DNA of 64,000 nucleotides, taken from Porphyridium purpureum. Taxonomy: Eukaryota. Shown here one piece after another: positions 41,315-51,226 of the stretch. Both the position numbers and the translations under genes were made by a program. Location of the stretch: contig VRMN01000002.1 of assembly GCA_008690995.1 (NCBI GenBank), positions 806,001 through 870,000 of the forward strand, read 5' to 3'. Below the pieces are notes generated by a model, which ran no database searches, had not been told where the DNA came from, and was given only the letters and a program-made list of their open reading frames with translations. Numbering within the stretch: the stretch's first letter is position 1; the number at the start of each line of letters is the position of its first letter.

Positions 41315-43564
41315 TTAGAAATAAACGCTGATGAGCTCGTCCATGCTGAACTTTTCATGGCAAATCGGACACTTGCGGCTTTTGACTGTCACGATGCCTT
41401 CGCGCGAGAACACGTGACCGCAGCGGGGCAACAAGCAGTCCTTCTCCATGTTGGGCAAAATAGAGCAGTTTCGACGTCTCTTGAGAGTCTTGTACAGCTC
41501 GTCGCGAACGCTTTCCTTGTCGGATTCCCCAACTTGCTCCTGCTTGCGCTTGTTCCGCCGAGCGAGCTGCTCACGCTTCTTTTCTGTAACAAAAATCTCC
41601 TGCTCTAATGTGGCTGTCGCCAGCTTTTCCTGTGTCAAGCGCTGCAGATGTTCGTGCAGCTGCGCCACCACCTTCTCCGTGATCATGAAGCAGTCAGTGC
41701 CTAGACCTTTCCGCGACAGAGGCTCCTCTGATGGGATCGGCTTGAACTCAGCTCCGCTACTGACAATTTCATCCTCCAGCCGCTTCGTCAGGCTCGCCGT
41801 ATCCTCTTCGCACTTGGCTATCATCGCCTTGACAGAATGCAACCTCTCCTCGCAGGCCTCCTTGATTTGCTCCGCCTCCTGCGCAGATTCAAGGCTCTTT
41901 GAAGCAAGCTTCTTGGACAGCTGAACTGTCTTTTCTAGATTGGCATTGCGTTGTTCTACCGCTTTGTGGCTAGCAGCTGACTTGTTCGCCTCCTTCGCGC
42001 TGATTAGCTTTTGACGCAATTGAAGACGCTGCGTTTGCATTTCAATGAGCTGCTCCTGCTTATCCACCAGTCCATTAAGCGTGCCATGCTCTGCTGCCCG
42101 CAAATCAAGCACCATATGAAGCAGGCCTTCTGCTTCCGCCCAGAAATTGTCCCCGGTCTCCCAAGTCTCGAGGCACGTTTTGCCCTCATCTCCACCGATC
42201 TTTTGCACAAAAGATGCTCGCAGAGCGCTCGCTTCGGCCGTGAGAGCTGAGATTTGGCCCATTTTTTCTGTCAGGGTCGAGGAGAATCCCACGCTCCGCA
42301 ACTTCATGATTTCTAGGCTAGCTGTTGCAGTAGCTTGGGCCTTCATGTGCTCATCTCCCATCTTTTTTTCTAGCTGGCTTTGAATCTTCGCAAAGGCTTG
42401 AGACGCATGGCTGCTTATTTTGCTCGCCTCGGACACGATAGAGTCAAATGCTGCGAGTTTAGAATTCACAACCTGCTTCGCGGTCGCTTGGACGTCGTCG
42501 CTGACTTCAGCGACGAGTGCACGCAATGGTTCTACGCGCGCTGCGTACGCACGTAACAGTTGGACGCGGAACAATGCTGAATACCATTGAAAGCGAAGCG
42601 CAGCATAGTAGAGCGGATGCATTACGTCATCAAACTGGCCCTGCGTAGCAGACATGGACTGAACCCTCGACGAACGATTCTCCGGGAACTCAGAGGGTAG
42701 TGGCTCTTTTAGTCTCGCCACAAACTCTTCAATCTCGCCCCTCACACGTGCAAATAGCTCAGCCTGGAACGAGAGCAATTTCTTGTAGAGTGCGATGCTC
42801 TCCACCAATGCAGTACGAGCAGCGGCCTCTTCTTCGACATCGTCATTTGCCGCGGCCCCGGCGCCGGTCGATGCCCTTTGTTCCGGATGACCGGAAGAAG
42901 CGCCGTCTTCCTTGCGCGTTGCTTTAGCTGACTCTGGAAGCTTTGCGAGAATGGCCTTGAGCTCATCATCCCACTGCGCGAGTAAGAGACGCTGCGCGTG
43001 CACTTTCTGGGTCCATTCAAAGACACGGTTGCGAGCCGTCCACTCTCGAAAGCGGACTTCATGCCCCTGCATCTTTTCGTATCGAAGCTGTGCGTGCAAA
43101 CGATGGCATTCGTTAAGAAGCGCGCGCACGTCGTCTGCCAACCCTTGTGCCTGCGCATGCAGCACCCGATTCAATGCCTCCAAGAGCGCGGCTAGCGAGA
43201 ACTGGTGCATTCGCGACAACGGCAGCCCCGCTGGTTTCGTGTCAAGGACGGCGTTCGGGATCTGTCCCCACTTTTCTTTGCGCTCATCGGCGTCTGCGAG
43301 CACTTGCGTCATCAGTTCGGAGGAGCCCATGCTGGCAATCGCCGCGTCCAGTTCCTCACGGAGATGTTTGAAGACATCGCCAAGCGCGGAGTTCTCCTGT
43401 GCGATCTTAGCCCGGTATGCTACGCTCGTTTGCACGTATTGCACGAAGCGCTCACGTTCCGTCTGGATGTTCACGTGCGTGTGTTCAAACTTGGAGCGTA
43501 GCTGCCCAACTTTCACGCTGAGCACGCGCACCTCATCGCTCGCCGGCAGACTAAACGTATCCAT
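41315..43564 (-). CDS. BRE1/HUB-like coiled-coil E3 ligase with degenerate C-terminal RING
   Basis: Long coiled-coil; terminal CSIL..KDCLLPRCGHVFSREG..KSRKCPICHEKFSMDELISVYF resembles the BRE1 C-terminus. Confidence 0.65.
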   Translation of the reverse strand: MDTFSLPASDEVRVLSVKVGQLRSKFEHTHVNIQTERERFVQYVQTSVAYRAKIAQENSALGDVFKHLREELDAAIASMGSSELMTQVLADADERKEKWGQIPNAVLDTKPAGLPLSRMHQFSLAALLEALNRVLHAQAQGLADDVRALLNECHRLHAQLRYEKMQGHEVRFREWTARNRVFEWTQKVHAQRLLLAQWDDELKAILAKLPESAKATRKEDGASSGHPEQRASTGAGAAANDDVEEEAAARTALVESIALYKKLLSFQAELFARVRGEIEEFVARLKEPLPSEFPENRSSRVQSMSATQGQFDDVMHPLYYAALRFQWYSALFRVQLLRAYAARVEPLRALVAEVSDDVQATAKQVVNSKLAAFDSIVSEASKISSHASQAFAKIQSQLEKKMGDEHMKAQATATASLEIMKLRSVGFSSTLTEKMGQISALTAEASALRASFVQKIGGDEGKTCLETWETGDNFWAEAEGLLHMVLDLRAAEHGTLNGLVDKQEQLIEMQTQRLQLRQKLISAKEANKSAASHKAVEQRNANLEKTVQLSKKLASKSLESAQEAEQIKEACEERLHSVKAMIAKCEEDTASLTKRLEDEIVSSGAEFKPIPSEEPLSRKGLGTDCFMITEKVVAQLHEHLQRLTQEKLATATLEQEIFVTEKKREQLARRNKRKQEQVGESDKESVRDELYKTLKRRRNCSILPNMEKDCLLPRCGHVFSREGIVTVKSRKCPICHEKFSMDELISVYF

Positions 43565-43675
43565 CTCGCTTTCGTCTCGCTGCGTCTTGTCGTGTCCACC
43601 GCCGGCATCACTTACGGCATTCCACCGCCTAGAACTATTGAGGAGCTGGGAGACGAGTAGCGGGTCGCGATCGGG

Positions 43676-44038
43676 ATGGTGAGTGCAGAGGAAAGTGGTG
43701 CCGTGGAATGGCCGCCCGGTCCGGTCCCGCCGATTCTGATCGTCGGGCTCCTGTCGCTGGCACAAGCGGCGCACGGCCCCTCGATTCCAGCACTGGAGTT
43801 TTTGGACCGCTGGACGGTGTCACTGTTCGGCAGCAAGACAAAGACGCAATATGTGCTGTATGCTGCGGTGGGCGCGCATGTGCTTGAGGGCGTCGCCGCA
43901 TTTGTAATCGCGAGGAAGGCCGGCTACCAGTGGAAGGCCTCATTTGGGTGGTGGATGCAGACCACACTGCTTGGGTTCCCATCGTTGCGCATTCTCTCGC
44001 TCCGCATTGCTGCCGGCCCGAAACGCAAGACCCTCTAA
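43676..44038 (+). CDS. TMEM254 / DUF4499 small membrane protein
   Basis: AHVLEGVAAF..A..AG....WWMQTTLLGFPSL. Confidence 0.75.
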   Translation: MVSAEESGAVEWPPGPVPPILIVGLLSLAQAAHGPSIPALEFLDRWTVSLFGSKTKTQYVLYAAVGAHVLEGVAAFVIARKAGYQWKASFGWWMQTTLLGFPSLRILSLRIAAGPKRKTL

Positions 44039-44194
44039 CGTTCTGGGGACGTACGCAGGAAAGAATGAGACACACAAACACAGAGGATAGATGCCACGCA
44101 AAGCATAACGAAAAAAATCCAAATGACGAGAAGCATGCAGCTGCACCTAGGCATGATAGAGAACACTAGGACATGTGAATGGAGATATTGGCAC

Positions 44195-44968
44195 TCAACG
44201 CCTCGCCGCCTGTTTCTCGTGTGAGCGGGTGCGCTGATTGTACGCAGAAAAGTCCATGCTACACTTGGAGCTCTTGTAACGTGTCAACACGGCGCGCTGC
44301 AGTGTCTCAGCTGAAATTTGACCCTCGTAACCGGATTTGTGCACCAGCTGGCGAAGCGTCGTCTCCTTGTCCCAGCCCTGTTCCGGAATCACGTCCGGCA
44401 AGAAAGTTGCACTGAATGACTGCTTACGCACTTTAAAATCTAGCAGCAGTCCGTGCACACCGATCGTCCAGTCATGTAAACCGTGACGCACAGTCTCGAA
44501 GTCGAACAACAAACTGACGCCAACCTGTAGCAACGGCAGCTCCTCCCGTCTAATCGGGTTGAACCTTCGGTCACGAAACGCCGAATGGCATGCATAGGTC
44601 CGCAGTCCCGCCAGCAACTCCATTGGCTGGAGCGTGCCCAGGCAACCGCGCAGACGCCAGCGGGATTCAGACTCACTCCACTTGTTGTACGTCACAAAAA
44701 CGCCACACTGCACTTCCGACCACTGCATCATTTGGCTTCCCGACGCCAGCGAGGCCATACTTCGATGTGCCTTGCCGAGCTCGCATGTCATGACGTCGAA
44801 GGCCATGACACACATTTCAGGCACTGCGTGCAAGGCGACAGGCGGCGAGAGCGACGAAGACGACGGCGAAACCGGCTTGACAGTGGGCGAGGCGCTACCG
44901 CAGCAACCACAGCAGTGCGTCTCGTGGTGCTCGCAGCGCAGCACGCCGCACTGCGCTCCGCACACCAT
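44195..44968 (-). CDS. AMMECR1 family protein (start uncertain)
   Basis: VFVT..K...LRGCLGT, SAFRDRRFNPI...EL, WTIGVHG, ATFLPDV..EQGW and L..KSGY. Confidence 0.9.
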   Translation of the reverse strand: MVCGAQCGVLRCEHHETHCCGCCGSASPTVKPVSPSSSSLSPPVALHAVPEMCVMAFDVMTCELGKAHRSMASLASGSQMMQWSEVQCGVFVTYNKWSESESRWRLRGCLGTLQPMELLAGLRTYACHSAFRDRRFNPIRREELPLLQVGVSLLFDFETVRHGLHDWTIGVHGLLLDFKVRKQSFSATFLPDVIPEQGWDKETTLRQLVHKSGYEGQISAETLQRAVLTRYKSSKCSMDFSAYNQRTRSHEKQAARR

Positions 44969-45177
44969 GATTCGCACTCTGCCTTTGCCCGGCTCACCGC
45001 AACCACCGCATACACCCGAGCGCGCCTGAGGTCTTCCTTCTCTTGTAAGCGAAAATCATAAGGTTGCACGTGGGATAAACGCTTTTCGACAATTACAGGG
45101 AGTGAGCAGGTGCGGCACCTGACGTACGGAGGCAGTCTAACCCAGTACCAGTGGCGCGGTGTGAGCATCGTGGGCGC

Positions 45178-47739
45178 TCACGCACCCGGGTTGAAAACCG
45201 AATGGGAGCCAGTCGACGCTGAGGCCACGTTCGACACGTGCAAGACGATATACACAAACAGGTGCAATGCGAGAAAGTACAGGATAAGAACAATGCGCAC
45301 CGACGGCTCATTCCGGAAAACCTGCATGAGCTGCAGACTGAAGCGATCCACCACGCGCAATGCGCTAGCGAGCCAGCGGGGCATATGCAACGGCGGCTTG
45401 TACCTTGGGATGGTCGGGTCCGCATCGACCGGCCGCGCGGTGGCCCGATTTCGGGCAGCGGAACCCATCGGCCCGGCCACGCCTCGTTCCAGGTCGACGC
45501 TGGTACCGCTTACATTCAGCGCCCGCGTGGCAGACGCGGCCATGGCTTGGGCATTCCGTGAGCGCTGACGCTCCTGCTCTAGCTGATGCTGCAACGCGCG
45601 GTTCTCGCCGCGCAAGAGCTCTAGCTGGGATTGCTTCCGCAGCGCAGAATCTGTCATTCTTCGCAGCTGTGCCATCATCTCTTCAACGACTTGATCGCGA
45701 CCTTCTGGGTCTGCTCTATGCGCTAGCCGGCGGCTGCTTTCCTGCTGACGCAAGGCCTCGAGGTCATGAACTTTCTGCTGGAGCTCCTCAATCGTCTGCT
45801 CACGCTCTTCGAGCGTCTTTTCGAGCGCGGCGGCAGTCTCCTCAAATTTGCTGATAGTCTCGAAATTCTCTTCGAGAAGGCGATTAGCCTCATCATGTCG
45901 TAATCGTACTCCATCCATATTCTTGTTCGATGCACTAAGCTCGCGCAGCTCACGCTTGAGTCTCAAACTTTCGCTTTCCAGCACCATCAGTCTCTGTTGC
46001 GCTTCCAGAGTTAGTTTGCGTTCGTCTTCGATACGGGTTTCTGCCTTGGCTAGCGCGTCCCCAGCATTAACCAATTCCATCTCCAACTGCTCCTCTCGAA
46101 CGGTGGTGCGATGGCGCGTTGCAGCATGACTCGCCATTTCGGCCTCGAGCGCGGCGCGAGCTTCGTTCGCCTGTCTTCTCGCGTCATCCGCGTCCGTCAG
46201 ATCGCGCGCGCGCTCGTCAATCAGCAACTGAGAAAGTCGCGCCTTTTCACTCTCCAAAAACGACACTTTCGAATTCAGTTCCGATGTCATGGCATGCATG
46301 CTCTGTTCTGTTTGATCCTTTTCGCGCTCGACTTTTTTCAGCTGCGCCCTCAATGCTTCTGCCTCCTTCATAAGCTCTGACTTCACGCTCGATGCGCCAT
46401 TCTGCTCGGACTCCACCGCGTCCCGGAGATCTCGAATGTCCTGCATCAAAGACTTGCGGTCGAGCTCTAGCTCTTCTATGATACCCTTGGCAGATTTCAA
46501 ATTCTTGGCAAGCATATGCTTTTCGTCGCGCAATTTGCGCAAGTACGATTCGGACGAGTCTAGTTCGGTTCGCAAGGCCATATTTTCGCGCTGCAGATCC
46601 TCTACAAACTGCATCTGCACCGGGTCATCACCCAATTCGCTCTCTTCGTCGCCATCCCCCTGGTCCTCCTCTTCCACCTCTTCGTCAGGATACGCTTCTC
46701 GAGCTGAATCAAGAGCTCTTTGATGGTGCCCATCAAACTCATTTATGTCGGGAGGTGAGTCAGCACCCTCTACGACAGCCTCATTCTGCTTCTCGAGCCA
46801 AAATGCTTCGGACGTGGCAGATTCACCACGGTCTGGATCCGCTTCGGCCGAGGTGCCATCAGGAAATGCATCTTCACGAGGCCGCGGAAAAGCAGTCTCA
46901 CCATCCAAGTCGTCTATGACTTGCTTCTCACTCTCAACGTGGTCCTCGCCGCTTTCCGCGCGAGCATGAGACTGATCATTTTCGCGCTCCTGCGCTGTCT
47001 GCGACCTTGTCCCGATCTGAGCCTCAGAAGATGATAAAGAGCTACTGCGCTTCTGCAACCTAGGCGAATCAATCAAGCTCGTCTGGACTACGTCCCCTGC
47101 TGCAGTGTGCTCATCTACGCTATGTATGTTTTTTGTTTGGCTTGAAGAGGTCATGTCGGCTCCCTCATTCTGAGCTGCACTTTCAGCACCAGCTGCAGCG
47201 GAGCTGCCAACTTGATCTTCCGCGTCATCTCCATGTGTTGATGCGGGCGCCGTATCGGAATCTGCCAGCGCATGAGATGATTTTCGGCTGTTCCCGCGCG
47301 TCGTCGTCTTCTGCGGCGCAGTCCTCACTGCCTTGGGGATTCTCGTGCTCCGTTTCGGCTGATACTTCACCGAGGAGGCGGATGACGGTACTGATGATGC
47401 ATCACGCGCTGAAGCACTCGAGTCGGCAGGAGTGGGCTGCTGATCCGTGTGCTGCGTTTCAAACAATCCGCCCTCTTCACCACGCCTTGCAGAAGAAAAC
47501 GTGTTCTCCAAGTGAGCCTTTACATTCTCATCCGCATCATCGAACGCGCTTGCCATACCCAGCTGCGCGTGACCTTGCGCACTCGCCTCAGACTCGCGCT
47601 GCTCTTCATCCTCGAACTCTTCCTCGACTTCGAACGCGGAGCTATCGAGCGCGAGGCGGCGAGACGCCTGCGCCACGGATTCATCCACGGTTTCCAGAAA
47701 CGTTTCTGCGCGCTTCAGCGCGTTGCGGAAAAACGCCAT
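45178..47739 (-). CDS. Golgin-84 (GOLGA5)-like coiled-coil Golgi tether
   Basis: N-terminal AETFLETVD motif, acidic linker, coiled-coil, and C-terminal D......FRNEPSVRIVLILYFLALHLFV TM. Confidence 0.82.
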   Translation of the reverse strand: MAFFRNALKRAETFLETVDESVAQASRRLALDSSAFEVEEEFEDEEQRESEASAQGHAQLGMASAFDDADENVKAHLENTFSSARRGEEGGLFETQHTDQQPTPADSSASARDASSVPSSASSVKYQPKRSTRIPKAVRTAPQKTTTRGNSRKSSHALADSDTAPASTHGDDAEDQVGSSAAAGAESAAQNEGADMTSSSQTKNIHSVDEHTAAGDVVQTSLIDSPRLQKRSSSLSSSEAQIGTRSQTAQERENDQSHARAESGEDHVESEKQVIDDLDGETAFPRPREDAFPDGTSAEADPDRGESATSEAFWLEKQNEAVVEGADSPPDINEFDGHHQRALDSAREAYPDEEVEEEDQGDGDEESELGDDPVQMQFVEDLQRENMALRTELDSSESYLRKLRDEKHMLAKNLKSAKGIIEELELDRKSLMQDIRDLRDAVESEQNGASSVKSELMKEAEALRAQLKKVEREKDQTEQSMHAMTSELNSKVSFLESEKARLSQLLIDERARDLTDADDARRQANEARAALEAEMASHAATRHRTTVREEQLEMELVNAGDALAKAETRIEDERKLTLEAQQRLMVLESESLRLKRELRELSASNKNMDGVRLRHDEANRLLEENFETISKFEETAAALEKTLEEREQTIEELQQKVHDLEALRQQESSRRLAHRADPEGRDQVVEEMMAQLRRMTDSALRKQSQLELLRGENRALQHQLEQERQRSRNAQAMAASATRALNVSGTSVDLERGVAGPMGSAARNRATARPVDADPTIPRYKPPLHMPRWLASALRVVDRFSLQLMQVFRNEPSVRIVLILYFLALHLFVYIVLHVSNVASASTGSHSVFNPGA

Positions 47740-48203
47740 GAGCCGTTCTGACTAGACGAATGCAGATGCCCACCAACCAACATGCCACCTCACACAGCGA
47801 CACGCGCGTTGCCAGCTTGCTGCTTGCGATGCGATGCCGTCTTCTACCACCCTCGTCAGGCCCCTTTCATCCGTCAACACACAAACCGAACTCGTATCTC
47901 ATTCCTCATTACATTGTAATACGCATTTCATATGCAATGCGCATTGTATTATAATAAAAATTCCTGAAGGAACCACAACCGGACAAAGTGAAAGTTGGCC
48001 GCAGCGCTGAGGAGTGAACAAGAGAGCGCGCGCTCGAAAGGGGGAGAGAGAAAGGTCACATGGGATAGGACGAAGGACAGAGCGACACGAGAAGGTGGTG
48101 GTCCTGTACACCGTGCATGTTTGGTGCGGTACTGCAGTTTCCGCCGTTGGTGTGGTTTGTGCGGTGTGTGTTTGTCTGATACGGTGGGAGGTGAGAACGG
48201 ACC

Positions 48204-50330
48204 ATGTCGTCGTCGTCGTCGTCGTCGTCGTTGGACAGACAGACGCCGGAATTCGATCTGGACGATGAGGAAGATCCGATGCGCGCTTCAATGCTGCAGC
48301 GTGTGCGGTCACAGCTGGAGAAGATCATAAGTCCGCCGCCGTACGTGCGGCGGAAACGGCCGGCCCCGGGGCCCATGGCGGCATGGGATCCGAAGCAGGT
48401 CTTTGGGAATGAGGTTTTGATGACCTCCTTGTCAGCAACAGAGAAGAAGACTGTGGCTGTTAAAGTACCAGAGCTCAAGTCACCAGACTTGGTTGTTTTG
48501 CAAGAGCGCGATCATCAAGGCGCAGCGGAGCACATTCCGGATCTTGACGAAGGTATGCTACTGTCGCCAACGGCGCGCCGAATGAATTCTCGAGCGTTAA
48601 ATGAAGCATTCAAATCCTTGGGTGAAACCAAGGTGCGAGCGACTCGCGTAATACAACGAAACCACCGCGTAGTATTGGTAAGCGCGGCCGTGTTTGCGAT
48701 CTTGCTGATGCTAGCATTACTTGCGACCTACGCGACAAGACAGCCGGGTGCCCATCTTGCCATGAACAGACTGCGCGTGGAAAGCAAACGCGGTGCGATT
48801 CTAGCCCGCGATACTCTGCAGACGGTCCTCGTGAAGACAGGACGTGCAGTGAGCGCGCGCACCGCGCAAATACAGTCCGGCACATGCGTGGCGTCCCGGT
48901 GGGTGTACCATGTAGCGGTATCTCCGTTTCGCCTCTGGCGCGCGACAGTTCTAGCCGTCAGTCGCGCGATTCGAGATGCGTTCACCTTGGGCGCATTGTC
49001 AAGTCTCGAGGGCGCGCGGCTCGCTGCACGAGACTCTGCCAGCCTCCGAGCGAGTGCACAAGAACACATGGCAGAGTCCAGCCGGCGTGCGGCAGAATTT
49101 GCGTCGGACTATGCAGCGGGCTCCACGGCAAACATTGTGCATCATGCGCGGCTAGTGTACCTTTACACTGCGCGCTTTGCACGTGCTCTATACTTACGCG
49201 AGCAGGCGCTCGCGAGTGATGTGCTTGGTATGTATCACCGCGCTCAGGCGGACGCGCGGCTCTTTGCTTTGGCCTGGCTCAAGCGCTTTATAAATGCGTA
49301 TGAGGCATATCGCGGGCAAGCGCTGACTGCGCTTTCGCAGTCAGAGCAATGCAATACAGTGGACGCGTACGAACAAGAGCAGCTTGCGCTGGAGCAGCAA
49401 AAGGTATATATGGAGCGCATCGAGGAACTGCAGCGCTCGTTAGCCGAGATGATTGAGCAAGAAGCGCGCAACTATGCCCGCGAGGTTTTGCGAGACGAGG
49501 CGCGGCGCGTGGAGGAAAGCATGAGCCTGCATGCGGAACCGGCGGACCACGTCGTGCCGGAGCACACTCTGGAAAGTAACGAGGGAGAGGGCGGAGCGCC
49601 GCGTGTGGTCACTGCGGTCTCACAGGCGGACGAGGAGCTAACCGATCGGGTGCTGGCGTACATGGTGGGAGACCGCTCAGGGATGGCAGATTTTGCTCTC
49701 CATTCAGCCGGCGCTTACGTCACGCATTCGAGCCCTTCATATCAGGAGCAGCTTGTCAAGTACGTGGCAAACCGCGCTGCGTCGCTGTTTTCGGCACGCG
49801 GCTCGCGAGCACCGAAGAGGCCGACTGTTGCCCTTCAGCCGGATATATCGCCCGGAAATTGCTGGGCGTTTTCCGGCACCCACGGCAGCATGACCGTGCA
49901 CCTCGCGCGTCCGGTGGTGATCACGTCTGTCGCGATAGAGCACACGCCGTGGTCTGCGTCGTGGGCGCACAGCTCGGCGCCGCGCGAGTTTTCAGTCAGC
50001 GCGTACATGTGCTCGGACTCGCGCGATGGCGCGCCGCATGTCTCATCACGTGTGGTGGATCTTGGCCGGTTTGAGTTTCGGGTCGGTGCCGGCAGCAAGC
50101 ACATGCAGGTGTTCTCCGTGGACCCGAGTGCGATGCTTGCATCCCGAGACGATGCAACAACAGAGCCTTCACTGGCCTCCGAGGCCAGCACGAGTGGCCA
50201 CGCGTCCAGCCGCGCGGCGTCGCACGCCTGCATGGTGCGGCTCGACGTTCTGTCGAACCACGGCAACCCGGACTACACCTGCTTGTACCGCTTCCGCGTG
50301 CACGGCCAGTCCACCTGGATGCGGGTCTGA
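48204..50330 (+). CDS. C-terminal SUN-domain nuclear envelope protein
   Basis: TM helix, coiled-coil, DFALHSAGA, PGNCWAF, EH...SSAPREF and SNHGNPDYTCLYRFRVHG. Confidence 0.92.
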   Translation: MSSSSSSSSLDRQTPEFDLDDEEDPMRASMLQRVRSQLEKIISPPPYVRRKRPAPGPMAAWDPKQVFGNEVLMTSLSATEKKTVAVKVPELKSPDLVVLQERDHQGAAEHIPDLDEGMLLSPTARRMNSRALNEAFKSLGETKVRATRVIQRNHRVVLVSAAVFAILLMLALLATYATRQPGAHLAMNRLRVESKRGAILARDTLQTVLVKTGRAVSARTAQIQSGTCVASRWVYHVAVSPFRLWRATVLAVSRAIRDAFTLGALSSLEGARLAARDSASLRASAQEHMAESSRRAAEFASDYAAGSTANIVHHARLVYLYTARFARALYLREQALASDVLGMYHRAQADARLFALAWLKRFINAYEAYRGQALTALSQSEQCNTVDAYEQEQLALEQQKVYMERIEELQRSLAEMIEQEARNYAREVLRDEARRVEESMSLHAEPADHVVPEHTLESNEGEGGAPRVVTAVSQADEELTDRVLAYMVGDRSGMADFALHSAGAYVTHSSPSYQEQLVKYVANRAASLFSARGSRAPKRPTVALQPDISPGNCWAFSGTHGSMTVHLARPVVITSVAIEHTPWSASWAHSSAPREFSVSAYMCSDSRDGAPHVSSRVVDLGRFEFRVGAGSKHMQVFSVDPSAMLASRDDATTEPSLASEASTSGHASSRAASHACMVRLDVLSNHGNPDYTCLYRFRVHGQSTWMRV

Positions 50331-51226
50331 TGGAACGCGCCGCACCGTACCCTCAAGTGTACACACATCGCGCGTTCTTTAATATTGGAAACCTTAAAAT
50401 AACGCATATTTTAACCGTGCCGACTTGCCAGCACGTCAGTTTTCTTTCCTATGCCTTTTCTTTCCGCGTTCCCCTTTTTATGTTTGCGTGCTGGCTGAAA
50501 GGTGTTTGCACAAGCGTATGCACACCATCATCAAGTTGCCTCCATGCGTATGTGTGTGTGTGTCTGTGTCTGTGTATGAAATCATCAGATCGGCGCTCTT
50601 TTATTAGAAACGGCGCGCGCACACGTCTGCTCTATCGCGGTGAACCCCCTTTCGAAACAACAGGACGAACACGACAAGAAATCAAGAACACGCGCGCGGT
50701 TGATAGCAGCACAGAGTGGTTGTATGAAATACAGAGCCGGGTTGGGTGGTGTTGGGTTGATGACAGAAGGGGTGTGTTTGGATAGGAAGATCGTGGCGCG
50801 GCTGGTCGTGGCGTTGATGACAAAAGAGTGGACACAAAATAGAAGAGGGTAAAAGGGAAGGAGGTGGGCTGGGTTGTTGACAAGGGTGCTGGTGGTGAGA
50901 GGGGGGGGTGGGGTGGGGCGTGGTTGTGGGTGCATAGAGGAGAGGGGTGAGAAAGGGGGGGAACGGAGGAGGAGAGGAAGAGGGCGCGGTGCACGGTCTG
51001 GCTGGGAATGCATGCGGTGGGAAGGCGGCACACGGTGACGATTTGATTGGCTCATCGCGCGCCGGTCGTGTGTGTTTCTGGGCGCATCTGTGCACGGCGA
51101 GAGGCAAGCAGAGAATATTCTCGAGGCCGAGCGGCTGGGAGTGAATCGCTTGTGGGTCGCGCGGCGGTTGATCCATGAGGCCTGTCTTGGTCGCTGGAAG
51201 TACACGCGTCGTCCCCGAGCTCCAGC

